Source: Janibacter sp.
Lineage (GTDB): Bacteria; Actinomycetota; Actinomycetes; Actinomycetales; Dermatophilaceae
Direction: 5' to 3'
DNA length: 64,000 bases
Assembly: GCA_030453295.1 (NCBI GenBank)
Contig: JAKDKQ010000001.1
Location: 4,355-68,354 of the forward strand
Positions 28,307 through 37,626 of the stretch are shown here, piece by piece. The position numbers and the translations under genes were made by a program. The notes below the pieces were generated by a model. The model was not told the origin of the DNA, ran no database searches, and saw only the letters and a program-made list of their open reading frames with translations. Within the stretch, counting starts at the first letter, position 1. Each line of letters opens with the position of its first letter.

Positions 28307-28710
28307 AGCTCGACGCGCCCTCGGACGGTGTCCGCCGACTGGGATGCCCGACCGCGATCAGACAGCAACAGGTCGGGCCGGGCCAGCTGACGCACCAGGT
28401 CCGAACGGTCCTGGGAGGCGAGGCCGCGTGTCTGGTTGACCACCCGGCGCACGAGGGCCTCGATCTCGCTGGTGCTGCGGTCCGGTGCCGGCTTCTCGGC
28501 GGCCTCCGGCCCGGGGGCGAACGACGTGTCGGAGCCGGCGCGCACGCGCTCGACCGACTCGGCAACCTGGGCGACGACCTGCATCACCAGCTCGGTCCCG
28601 GTGGCGACCAGCGCGTCGGTCGAGCGTCCCGAGGGGCCGTCCGACATCGTGGCAGACGAGGACGTTTGAAACTCCTCGATCAGGTCCTTGACGATCGCTT
28701 CGAACTTCAT
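28303..28710 (-). CDS. Small protein of the type that usually precedes DUF4097 genes (HicB-like/regulatory)
   Basis: MKFEAIVKDLIEEF...TVRGRVEL; GTGA overlap with the DUF4097 gene. Family assignment is mostly by context. Confidence 0.5.
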   Translation of the reverse strand: MKFEAIVKDLIEEFQTSSSATMSDGPSGRSTDALVATGTELVMQVVAQVAESVERVRAGSDTSFAPGPEAAEKPAPDRSTSEIEALVRRVVNQTRGLASQDRSDLVRQLARPDLLLSDRGRASQSADTVRGRVEL

Positions 28711-28800
28711 GTAGCACAGTGTGGACCGGATATGACCCCGCCACCGAGGTCGGACGGCCCTTCCGCCGATCGACGCAACAGTCGCCGTCGAGGACTCCTT

Positions 28801-29460
28801 ATGCCGCAGCCCTCCCCACCGCTTGTCCGCCTTGGGAACCGGGTCCACCTTGGCGGCGTTCTTCTGCGGGCAGCACCGGTCGACGTCGTTGCCGACGCCC
28901 TCGGCGACCTGCCGGAGGTCGAGGCGCGCCTGATCCGCGGAGCTGGCCCCGCGCGGCGCGCCCAGTTCGCGGTCGGTCGCCGGCTGGCGCGTGAGGCCCT
29001 CTCGGCCAGCGGCACCGACGTCGTCGGGCTCGGCGCCGACCGGCTCGGCGCCCCTCAGTGGCCGGCCGGGCGGGTGGGAAGCATCAGCCACCTGCCCGAC
29101 CTCGCCGTCGCCGCTGTCGCGGTCAACCACCGCGGCGTGGGGGTCGACGTCGCCCCGCGCTCGCCGCTTCCGCCCGAGGAGGTCGCGGTCCTGCTCGGGG
29201 GCGACGAGCAGAACACGGTCGTGGCGGTCGCAGGCGCCGTCGGTCAGACGGTGGCGTTCGCGGCGAAGGAGGCGACGTACAAGGCCGTGCACCCCGTCTT
29301 GCGGACGCCGATCGGCTACCGCGACGTGACGGTGTCACTCGGCGCCGACCACATGTTCACCGCGACCGTGCGCGTCCCGGACGACGTCGCGCCCGTACGT
29401 GTGGGCGGCTGGTGGGACGTGGTCGGACCGCACGTCGCTGCCGTGGCCGTCCTCGCGTGA
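28801..29460 (+). CDS. 4'-phosphopantetheinyl transferase (EntD/Sfp-type; start uncertain, 28732-28801)
   Basis: RRAQFAVGRRLAREAL, GAPQWPAGRVGSISH, VGVDV, FAAKEATYKA. Confidence 0.9.
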   Translation: MPQPSPPLVRLGNRVHLGGVLLRAAPVDVVADALGDLPEVEARLIRGAGPARRAQFAVGRRLAREALSASGTDVVGLGADRLGAPQWPAGRVGSISHLPDLAVAAVAVNHRGVGVDVAPRSPLPPEEVAVLLGGDEQNTVVAVAGAVGQTVAFAAKEATYKAVHPVLRTPIGYRDVTVSLGADHMFTATVRVPDDVAPVRVGGWWDVVGPHVAAVAVLA

Positions 29461-29461
29461 C

Positions 29462-31045
29462 TCACGCTCCCGGTTCGATGGGATCGCGCTCGACCGGGGC
29501 CAGCTCGGCGAACAGGTCGCCCGGACCCGGGTTCGAAGGCGGGGACGAGCCGTCGAGGTCACGGACCACCGCCCACACGGCGTTGAGCGCCGTGGCGATC
29601 GCCCCACCGGCGAACCCACCGGTCCACGACACGTCGTCGCCGGCGACGTAGAAGCCGAAGCCAGGCAGGCGCGACCGCACGAAGTCGCAGTAGAGCCCCC
29701 GCTGCAGGTCATACTGCCCGGGCAGGTTTTGGCTGAACGCGTCCGCGCACCCCGGCTGCTCGTCCCACGTGACTGCAACCGCGGGACCGCGCCGGTGCTG
29801 ACGGATGCCGTGCCCAGGCAGGACGCCGTCGAGGTAGCGCAGGCAGACCTCAGCCCGCTCCTCGGCACCCATGCCCCGGAACACGTCGGCGTCGTCGTTC
29901 CAGGTGTAGGAGAGACAGACCGTGCCGGGGCCGTCGGGGCTCTCCCCGAAGAGGTACACCGCGCGCGGGTACCGGTCGGTCAGGATGCTTAGGAGGGACT
30001 CCTGCCCAGGGTCGAGCCAGTAGGCGCGGTCGACCGGGACGACGACCTTCGAGGACGCCATGTAGTGGATGTCCTCGGCCCCGCGGACGACGTCCGGCGC
30101 GAGGAGCTCCTCGGCGACCTGCAGGCGCACCAGGAGGTGGCGCACGGGGGCGGTGCTGACCACTGCGGCGTGCCGGGTGCTGCGACCGGACTGTTCGGTG
30201 ACTACCAGCTCGGCACCGTCCCGGTCGACGGCGGCGACCTCGCCGCCGAGCCGTTCCTGTCCAGTGACGGCACGGGTCCGGTCCCACAGCATCTGGGGCA
30301 GCTGTTGGCAACCGCCTACGACACCTACGTGGTCGGTATCGAGGCCTGCGGCCACCACCCGGAGGGTCTCGAGGACGCCATTGTCGAAGTCGGTGTCCCA
30401 CCCGCCGCTGCCGAACCCGACCTGCCCGAACAGGTCGCGGCTGGTCCGGTTGGCGAAGTGGGGCGACTCGAGCAGCACCGACCTCAGCGAGACTTCGTCG
30501 AGGGCGCGCACGATCTTCGGCCAGATCCGCAGCACCGTGCCCGCGTCCTGCTCGGCGAGCGCGGCGCCCACGAGCCTGACATCCGCGACGTCCTCGATGG
30601 TTGCCCGCCAGGCGCGGTCGACGGTGGCGAGGTCGGCCGGCAGGTTGCCGCGGCTCACTACGCGGCGCACCCCGCCGACGTCGATCAGCGCTCTCGGCGC
30701 GGCCGGCGACAACGGGTTGGGGAACGGGTAGGTGCGGAGCCCGAGATCGCGCAGGTAGTGCGCGACTAGATGATCGCGGGTCGAGAAGCGCATCGCCCCC
30801 AGCTCGGCCGGGTAAGGGTCATCGCGTCGGAGCGGCACCGACCGCATCCGGCCGCCGACACCTACCCCGTCGTACACGACCGGCCGGAGGCCGACCGCGC
30901 GCAACGCGTCGGCCGCGACGGTGCCGGCGATGCCCGCGCCGATCACCGCGACCGTGCGCCCGACATGCTGCGCGCTCACCCGACCGATGCCATGCGGGTT
31001 TTCCAGCCAACCGACGTGGTCGAACGGGAAGTCGGGCGCCGTCAC
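29462..31045 (-). CDS. Flavin-dependent amino-acid 2-monooxygenase (lysine/arginine/tryptophan 2-monooxygenase family, DavB/IaaM-like)
   Basis: PDFPFDHVGWLENPHGIG, VIGAGIAG, AELGAMRF, FGQVGFGSGGWDTDF, CLSYTWNDDA, AGDDVSWTGGF. Confidence 0.88.
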   Translation of the reverse strand: MTAPDFPFDHVGWLENPHGIGRVSAQHVGRTVAVIGAGIAGTVAADALRAVGLRPVVYDGVGVGGRMRSVPLRRDDPYPAELGAMRFSTRDHLVAHYLRDLGLRTYPFPNPLSPAAPRALIDVGGVRRVVSRGNLPADLATVDRAWRATIEDVADVRLVGAALAEQDAGTVLRIWPKIVRALDEVSLRSVLLESPHFANRTSRDLFGQVGFGSGGWDTDFDNGVLETLRVVAAGLDTDHVGVVGGCQQLPQMLWDRTRAVTGQERLGGEVAAVDRDGAELVVTEQSGRSTRHAAVVSTAPVRHLLVRLQVAEELLAPDVVRGAEDIHYMASSKVVVPVDRAYWLDPGQESLLSILTDRYPRAVYLFGESPDGPGTVCLSYTWNDDADVFRGMGAEERAEVCLRYLDGVLPGHGIRQHRRGPAVAVTWDEQPGCADAFSQNLPGQYDLQRGLYCDFVRSRLPGFGFYVAGDDVSWTGGFAGGAIATALNAVWAVVRDLDGSSPPSNPGPGDLFAELAPVERDPIEPGA

Positions 31046-32484
31046 GAGGCGTCCTGGCCGATGCCCCTCCCCAAGCACGCGGGGTCATCGCGGTTGAGGC
31101 GCCGGAGCAGCGCGGCCCGGTCTGGCTTGCCGTTGAGGTTGGTAGGTATCCCCGCCAAGAGGCGCAGGTCGTCGATCGCCTCCTCGCCGACGCACACGGT
31201 CTCGACCAGTCGTCGCACGAGGCGCTGCTGGTCCTCCGAGCGTGCCTCGGCGAAGCACACCAGCCGACCGCGCCGCTGGTCACCGAGGACGACGACGCCC
31301 CCGGGCGCTCCCGCCTCCCGCAGGCAGTGCTCGACAGCGGCGGGGTAGATCCGGGTCGGCCCGCGGCCCAGCACCTCGGCCCGACCGATGACGTGCAGCG
31401 CGCCGTCGGCGTCGAGGCTGCCCAGATCGCCCGTGGGGCACCAGCCGTTTACGACCTCGACCGGGTCGATCCTGTCGTTGACGAGATATCCCGACATCAC
31501 GTGCTCGTAGGACACGTGGATCTCCCCCATCCGGCCCGCCGGCAGGCTGCTCCCGTCACCAGCACGCACCTCGATTCGGACGCCGCGGACCGGAGGTCCG
31601 CAGGCCGTCGGACAATCTGGCACCGCGAAAGTCAGGTTGCCGAGCTCGGTGCTGCCATAGCTGTCGAGCAGCGGCACGCCGAAGCGGCGCCGACCCTGCT
31701 CGGCCAGGGCCGGAGGCAATGGGGCGGCACCGCTGCAGGGCAGACGCACCTTCTCGAGCGCCCGAGCGACGTCCCACCGCCGCTCGGCCAGCGCCAGCAG
31801 CGTGCGCCACGTCGTCGGGATGCCGTCGACCACGCTCACCCCGGCCGGTCCCGCGAGCCGCAGACCGACATCGATCCGCTCGGCCTGGCAGAGCACCAGG
31901 TCGGCGTCGAGGCGCCAGGCGATCATCGCCATGCCCAGCCCGTACTGGTGGGGCAGCGGCAGGATCGGCCAGAAGACGTCGTCGGAGCGGTGGCCCATCG
32001 CCTCGATGTTCGCCTCGAGGTTCGCCAGGAACGCCGTGCCCGACTTGGCGACGGGCTTGGGCTCGCCGGTCGAGCCCCCGGAGGCCATCACGAGGGCGTC
32101 CGGCAGTGCGCACCAGCGCTCGAGGTCGAGGATGCCGGACGGGCTGGCGTCGTCCCCTGACGTCGTTCGGCCACAGGTCAGCACAGGAAGAATGCGGCCC
32201 AGCCACGGGCCGGGCTCGTCGGTCACGAGCAGCTCGGCGCCGGTCGAGGCAAGGCGCCGGGTCGTGAGCGCGTGCGGCGTGCGCGGATCGACGAGCACGA
32301 TCGAGGCGGCGGCATGCGCCAGTCCAAGGAACCAGGCGACCCACTCGGCCGAGTTCGCGGCCTTGAGGGCGACTCGGTCGCCCGGCCTGACGCCGAGGGC
32401 CGAGACCTCGGCGGCGTGCTCGAGCGCGCGCCGCTCGACCTCGGCGAAGCTCGTTCTGCCATCCGGGGTCAGTAGGGTCGCCAT
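31042..32484 (-). CDS. AMP-forming acyl-CoA/ACP ligase
   Basis: SGGSTGEPK, PLPHQYG, SYGSTE, TGDLG, NGKPDR adenylation motifs. Confidence 0.88.
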   Translation of the reverse strand: MATLLTPDGRTSFAEVERRALEHAAEVSALGVRPGDRVALKAANSAEWVAWFLGLAHAAASIVLVDPRTPHALTTRRLASTGAELLVTDEPGPWLGRILPVLTCGRTTSGDDASPSGILDLERWCALPDALVMASGGSTGEPKPVAKSGTAFLANLEANIEAMGHRSDDVFWPILPLPHQYGLGMAMIAWRLDADLVLCQAERIDVGLRLAGPAGVSVVDGIPTTWRTLLALAERRWDVARALEKVRLPCSGAAPLPPALAEQGRRRFGVPLLDSYGSTELGNLTFAVPDCPTACGPPVRGVRIEVRAGDGSSLPAGRMGEIHVSYEHVMSGYLVNDRIDPVEVVNGWCPTGDLGSLDADGALHVIGRAEVLGRGPTRIYPAAVEHCLREAGAPGGVVVLGDQRRGRLVCFAEARSEDQQRLVRRLVETVCVGEEAIDDLRLLAGIPTNLNGKPDRAALLRRLNRDDPACLGRGIGQDAS

Positions 32485-32594
32485 CCGCCTAGGATCGGTG
32501 TTAGAGGACGCTGGCTTACCGCCGCTGCCACCGTTGCACCGTTCACGGCAACCTGGGGCGCTGGCGGCACGGACCTCAGCGGTCCTGGCTCACC

Positions 32595-32715
32595 TCAGTC
32601 CTTGAGCACGCTGTAGACCACCACGACTACTAACAGCGGAACTACCACCCAGACGAGCCTGCCGAGCTCGATGTCCCACGGTCGGATTCCGATCGTGACG
32701 AAATGCGTTGGTCAT
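32595..32715 (-). pseudogene. Frameshifted small TM peptide, paralog of 11568-11690
   Basis: GGAGGAG RBS and ATGA overlap with the amidase. Removing one T gives MTNAFVTIGIRPWDIELGRLVWVVVPLLVVVVVYSVLKD. Confidence 0.6.
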
Positions 32716-33599
32716 GGCTGCGTCTCCTCCGTGTCCGGGTGGCGCTGGTTGGCCGTCGCGACCTGGGTGGCCGCGACGTCGTCGGGGGGCACGCCGGCGC
32801 GGCAGAGCGCGCGGGCGCCGGCTCGGTGGCCGGAGTAGAGGGTGGGGCGACGATCACGCAGGTAGTCCAGCTCGGCGCGGGCCGTCGCTACGACGCTCGT
32901 GCGCACCGTGGCCCGCAGGACGTCGGGGGCAGGCCCGCACCCGGACAGGACCGTCCCGTCCGGGCCGACGAGCCGGCTCGATCCCACGCCCTGCGTCACG
33001 GCGTCGCCGGCGACGTTGACGTAGAGGACGTAGCACCGGCACTCCCACGCTCGGGCCGGGAGCACCAAGTCGAGGATCGGGCGGGTGACGGCCGGGGAAC
33101 CGAAGAGCACCGCGGGGACGACAACTAGGTCGACCTCGTCGGCCACCATCCGGACGTACTCGGGGAACTCCACGTCGTAGCACAGGGCGACGCCGACGCG
33201 GAGGCCGTCGAGGTCGACGACGACCGGCGCTCCGTCGCCCGGGGTGAACCACTCGCGTTCGTCGCCGAAGAGGTGGGCCTTGGCGTGGACCGCGCGGACC
33301 CGGCCCCGCCGGTCGACGACCACGGCCGCGTTGCGGACGGCGCCGCAGATCGTCACGGCGTGGCCGACCACGAGTGCCACGTCGTGCCGCGCCGCGATCG
33401 CTGCGAGTCGGTCGAGGACGACGGCGTCCGGGACCGCGTCCGCCGGCGACGGCCCGTAGCCGGTCAGCACCAACTCGGGCGTGACGATGAGGTCGTGGCC
33501 GGAGGCGTGCTCGCCCACCAGGACGTCGAGGGCGTCGAGGCGTGCACCGACACCGGCGCGGGCGGGTGCCACCTGAAGCCCGACGATCCCGAAGTCCAC
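32712..33599 (-). CDS. Carbon-nitrogen hydrolase (nitrilase-family amidase, DavA-like)
   Basis: GTG start after GGAGG. Catalytic triad TPELV (E), HAKAHLFG (K), LCYDVEFPE (C). Confidence 0.9.
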   Translation of the reverse strand: MDFGIVGLQVAPARAGVGARLDALDVLVGEHASGHDLIVTPELVLTGYGPSPADAVPDAVVLDRLAAIAARHDVALVVGHAVTICGAVRNAAVVVDRRGRVRAVHAKAHLFGDEREWFTPGDGAPVVVDLDGLRVGVALCYDVEFPEYVRMVADEVDLVVVPAVLFGSPAVTRPILDLVLPARAWECRCYVLYVNVAGDAVTQGVGSSRLVGPDGTVLSGCGPAPDVLRATVRTSVVATARAELDYLRDRRPTLYSGHRAGARALCRAGVPPDDVAATQVATANQRHPDTEETQP

Positions 33600-33911
33600 T
33601 GCGCACCTCCGCACGGGGAGGCTACCAGGGTGGAGGTCGTGGCCAAAGCGGGATTGGATGCTTGCAGCGATCCGAGCAACCGACCTGCGCAGCACGGATC
33701 ACCGCCGCACCGACTCCCCAGCCCGTCAGGCGCGGTCAGTCCGTCAGGCGGACGCCCACGGAGGGTCGTCGCGCAGCGCTGTAGGTGTAGAGACGCCGCC
33801 GGCCCCCAGCCCGAACAACTCCGCGGCCGCACGGCTCCACGAACGATCACTCCGTGATCCGCCTATGGGTACATAAACTGTGATAACTTATGTGCTCCTA
33901 TGTAAGGAAGG

Positions 33912-35297
33912 TTGACCGTGCAGCCACAGATCTATTCCCCTGGTGCAGGACATGTCCCCGCCGGCGACCTCCCCGGTCGTGAACGGCTCGAAGAGGCGTG
34001 GCAGAACATGCTGGCGGACGCGTCGCGGCGCGGACGACCTGGGGCGCGAGACCTTGTTCTCACAGGCAATCGCGGTGTCGGCAAGACCGTCATGATGAAG
34101 CGCTGCGCCGAGATCGCGGAGACCCGTGGCTACCTGCAGCTGTCCTTCCAGGCGTCGGGTCACGCAACCCTCAGCGCCGCGCTCCTTGAAGCGGTCTCTG
34201 GTCACCCCAGGCGGAGTCCTTCGTGGGCGGGCGCCTTGGAGTCCCTGACCCGCATCACCGGGGCTAGTTTGGGCGTCGCCGGCGTCTCTGCCTCGATATC
34301 GCGCGCACCTGCTTCCCAAGCGCGCCCAGATCCCTACAACACGACGGCCATCGCCAACGCAGTGGCGGACCTGGCGCGCATGTTTCGAGGTGAAGGCAGC
34401 GGCGGGGTCATCCTGTGCATCGACGAGCTGCAGATGACGGCAGGGGCGGACGTCGAGGCCTTGGGTGGGGTGCTCAATCATCTGAACAACTGGCACGCGG
34501 CCGAACCTGTGGTCTTCGTGGCCACCGGCCTGCCCAACACCCTGGCTAAAATGATGGGCCCAGACCCAGGTCACCCGTTGATCAGCAACCCCAGCCGGCT
34601 CTTCACCTTCGAGCCACTTGAGCAGTACCTCAGCCTGGAGGACACCACGAAGGCACTGCGCCCCCTGGCTAGAGACCACGGAGCCGACTGGACGGAAGAA
34701 GCCGTCGAGGAGCTCTACCGCATCACCCACGGGTACCCCGCCCACGTGCAGATCCTGGCGGCAGCCACGTGGAGCACAAGCAGTCCCCCCACTATCTATG
34801 TCGAGGACGTACATCGCGCCACGCCCACAGCACAGGCAGAGGTCAACCGCATGTACCTCCTCCCTCGCTGGGAGCAGATGGGCAACGTCCAACGCGCCTA
34901 CATGACCGCGATGTCCATGTGCGACTCCCCGGCCGAATCCGGTCGCGTCGCAGCCATGCTCGGTCGCTCCACCACAGACGTCTCCCGCACCCGCGAGGCG
35001 CTTATCCGCGCCGGCGACATCTACGCCAGCGGGACCGGATCGCTCAGTCTGGCCCAACCTCTCATGCGCTACTTCGCGCCCCGGCACTATCACGCCACGG
35101 TCGAAGGGACGCCAGACCTCCCCACGCTTCGCGAGATGAGCAGTGCCCGCGACGAGTGGGTCGACAAGCGGCGCCGGCCCCCGGAAGAACTCACCGCCGA
35201 CGAGATCCAACATCTGGCGACGCCCCCCGGCCATGGGCGACGTCTCGAGCAGCGCCGGCCCCCTGGCGGCGGCGACCCACGCGGACCGGCCCACTGA
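33912..35297 (+). CDS. AAA+ ATPase with C-terminal winged helix
   Basis: YSPGAG..P..L.GRE, Walker A GNRGVGKT, Walker B LCIDELQ, THGYPAHVQ. Confidence 0.85.
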   Translation: MTVQPQIYSPGAGHVPAGDLPGRERLEEAWQNMLADASRRGRPGARDLVLTGNRGVGKTVMMKRCAEIAETRGYLQLSFQASGHATLSAALLEAVSGHPRRSPSWAGALESLTRITGASLGVAGVSASISRAPASQARPDPYNTTAIANAVADLARMFRGEGSGGVILCIDELQMTAGADVEALGGVLNHLNNWHAAEPVVFVATGLPNTLAKMMGPDPGHPLISNPSRLFTFEPLEQYLSLEDTTKALRPLARDHGADWTEEAVEELYRITHGYPAHVQILAAATWSTSSPPTIYVEDVHRATPTAQAEVNRMYLLPRWEQMGNVQRAYMTAMSMCDSPAESGRVAAMLGRSTTDVSRTREALIRAGDIYASGTGSLSLAQPLMRYFAPRHYHATVEGTPDLPTLREMSSARDEWVDKRRRPPEELTADEIQHLATPPGHGRRLEQRRPPGGGDPRGPAH

Positions 35298-35438
35298 TCT
35301 GGAGCCCTGATCGATGAACCCCAGCGTCTAGCTCGGCGGGGCCCCACGCCATGGGCGCCCTGGGCGATCGTCGTGTCTCTCGTCTACGCCAGATCCGGCG
35401 GGCTCTGGCCGAATGCAGCACGGCATCGTTGATGCCCG

Positions 35439-35900
35439 TCATCGAGGAACTTCCCGGTTCTGGGCACCTCGGCGCCGCGGACGCGTGGTCAACTTGGCTG
35501 GTGGCGGGGGCAGCTCGCTTCCACCGCGGCGCGCGATCGCCTCGTCGATAGCCAGCGTGACGGCCTCGTGCACAAACGCCGAGGGTCCGAGGAAGCGGCC
35601 GTTCTCCTGGCGGTCATCGGCGATCGCGTCTTCCATGCGTTCCACTAGGGAGTCCCTCAGCGGGTAGGTGCGGGTCAAACCCTGTCCGGAACTACGACGA
35701 GCTGGCTGCTCGACTCCGGCCTCTGCTCGACTCCGATGGCCGCGCTCGATGTGCTGCCCGATGGCCCGGTGGAGCCACCCGATGTAGGCGTCCGGACACT
35801 GAGGGTCCCGGTCAAGGTCCGAGACGTACGCCGCTCGAGCTCGGCCCCAGGTCTCTGGATCCCAGTACAGCCCGACCGGGCTGTCACTCTCCCGCATCAT
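35439..35900 (-). CDS. Hypothetical protein, possibly duplicated ribbon-helix-helix DNA-binding
   Basis: Two similar halves (VGLYWDPETWGRAR...WLHRAI; RTYPLRDSLVERME...FVHEAV). Confidence 0.55.
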   Translation of the reverse strand: MMRESDSPVGLYWDPETWGRARAAYVSDLDRDPQCPDAYIGWLHRAIGQHIERGHRSRAEAGVEQPARRSSGQGLTRTYPLRDSLVERMEDAIADDRQENGRFLGPSAFVHEAVTLAIDEAIARRGGSELPPPPAKLTTRPRRRGAQNREVPR

Positions 35901-36136
35901 CGACTCCTTCCAAGCCTCTCAGACGGACTAACACCCACCCGAGTGCATTTCCGGCCGCCTCGAGCTGGTCACTGTCCATCGAACCAGAGGGCCGGTCGCG
36001 GCCCGGCGTCCATCCCCAAGGCGCGCCTGACTCCCCCGGCCATCCACAACGCCTGTTGGCTCTGCCATGCGGTGCCTCGATTCGCGAGAATCGCAGTTAT
36101 CAGTTCTTTCTAGTTTACACACACGGGAGCAGAACA

Positions 36137-37624
36137 ATGAGCACCACTACCGCCTACGCCGTCGGTCAGGTCGTTGAGGTCGACCCGAAGATCTTGACCA
36201 TCGGCGCGAATGTTCGCCTGGACACCTACCCGAAGGCGAAGGAGTTCGCCGCGTCGATCAAGGCGCGTGGAGTGATCGAGGCGATCACCGTGCACGCGGA
36301 CGACGAGGGCACTCTGGTCGTGCAGCGCGGGCAACGCCGCACCCTCACTGCCGCCGACGTTGGCACACCGAGCGGCACCGTCCCGGTGCGCATCGTCGAG
36401 CCACCCGAGGAGGCTGACCGGATCATCGACCAGATGACCGAGAACATTCACCGGGCTGGGATGCACGAGAGCGAGATGCGCGACGGGGTCGAGCAGCTGG
36501 CGTTGCTGGGTGTCTCGGCTGCCCAGATTGCCAAGCGCACCGCCGTCAAGCGCGAGACGGTCAACGCCGCGTTGGCCGTCGTCGGCAGCGACGCGACACG
36601 AGAGCGCATGGACACACAGGGCTTGACGCTCACGCAGGCCGCTGCCCTGGCCGAGTTCGAGGACGACGAAGCGGCCACGGCGCGGCTCGCACGGTCGATC
36701 GACTGGGGCCACCCCATCGACCACACCGTGCAGCGGCTGCGCGACGAGCGGGCCGAGCGCGAAGGGCTGCAGGCCGAGGCCGAGCGGCTGCGGGCGGAGG
36801 GCGTCCCGGCCCTCGACCCCGACGACTGCCCTGCCCCCGGCGATCTGTTCCGGCTGCGGCTGGACAACCTCGTCACCACTGAGGGCGAGGAGGTGACCCA
36901 GGAGCAGCGCGAGGCCCTGCCCGGTCTCGCGGTCGTCGTCTCCCTCGAATGGCAGTACCCCGAGAGCGACGACGAAGACGACGCTGAGCAGGACGCACAA
37001 GAGGAAGAGGCCCGAGAGGTCTACGTCCACACGTGGGTGTGCACCGACCCCGAGGCCGCTGGGCTGCGCTACCGCTACCAGCGGGACCCGTCCGACCCCT
37101 CCCCCGCCGCCGAGACTGACCCCGCCGAGGTCGAGGCACGGGCCGAAGCGGAGCGTCAGGAGCGCCGCCGCGTGCGCGAGAACAACGCCGCCTGGCGCAG
37201 CGCGGAAACCGTGCGCCGCGAGTGGTTGGCCTCCTTCGTCACCCGCAAGACCCCGCCGAAGGGGGCCGAGGCAATCATCTGCGAGGCGATGATCATCGCC
37301 CCGCACAGCCTCACCAAGGCGATGCAGAACAGCCACGCGATGCTGCGCACCACGCTCGGCAGCGACAGCGAGCACGGGGACTACCGTGCCGTGGCCGCCG
37401 AGTGCGCCAACCTGTCCACCCAGCCGGCCACGACCAAGGCGCTGACGATGCGCACCCTCGCCGCCGTGCTGCTGGCATGGGAGGACAGCACCGACGTGCA
37501 CACCTGGCGCAACCCGAGCACGTGGGATCGGCGCGTCATGGAAGCGCTGACCGGATGGGGCTACGAGGCCAGCGAGGTCGAGCAGCTGCTCACGGACGCC
37601 GACGAGGCAGAGCAGGCGGCCTGA
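36137..37624 (+). CDS. ParB/Srx N-terminal domain protein
   Basis: ANVR...FAASIKARGVIEAI...VQRGQRRTLTA...TENIHR, followed by an HTH (SAAQIAKRTAVKRETV). Confidence 0.85.
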   Translation: MSTTTAYAVGQVVEVDPKILTIGANVRLDTYPKAKEFAASIKARGVIEAITVHADDEGTLVVQRGQRRTLTAADVGTPSGTVPVRIVEPPEEADRIIDQMTENIHRAGMHESEMRDGVEQLALLGVSAAQIAKRTAVKRETVNAALAVVGSDATRERMDTQGLTLTQAAALAEFEDDEAATARLARSIDWGHPIDHTVQRLRDERAEREGLQAEAERLRAEGVPALDPDDCPAPGDLFRLRLDNLVTTEGEEVTQEQREALPGLAVVVSLEWQYPESDDEDDAEQDAQEEEAREVYVHTWVCTDPEAAGLRYRYQRDPSDPSPAAETDPAEVEARAEAERQERRRVRENNAAWRSAETVRREWLASFVTRKTPPKGAEAIICEAMIIAPHSLTKAMQNSHAMLRTTLGSDSEHGDYRAVAAECANLSTQPATTKALTMRTLAAVLLAWEDSTDVHTWRNPSTWDRRVMEALTGWGYEASEVEQLLTDADEAEQAA

Positions 37625-37626
37625 CC

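Larger units (their letters stand above)
11723..33599. other. Hybrid RiPP (radical SAM) / acyl-chain biosynthetic gene cluster carried as cargo
   Basis: Translationally coupled minus-strand operons encoding precursor, rSAM/SPASM, two JmjC enzymes, KAS III, ACP, GNAT, KR, two ATs, ABC, MMPL, monooxygenase, CoA ligase and amidase; PPTase and MerR on the plus strand. Confidence 0.85.

Noticed and set aside
25377-28565. 1062-aa ORF as a single giant MMPL protein
   Set aside because: The N-terminal 364 aa are Arg-rich off-frame read-through across the DUF4097 gene; the real start is 27473.
32590-32715. In-frame peptide MTNAFRHDRNPTVGHRARQARLGGSSAVSSRGGLQRAQGLR as a second precursor
   Set aside because: No resemblance to the precursor; the shifted frame matches the 11568 membrane peptide much better.
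29462-33599. IaaM/IaaH-type auxin biosynthesis or plain DavBA lysine catabolism
   Set aside because: A CoA ligase lies between the two genes and ACP, AT and PPTase genes are adjacent, which favours starter-unit supply. The substrate is not proven.
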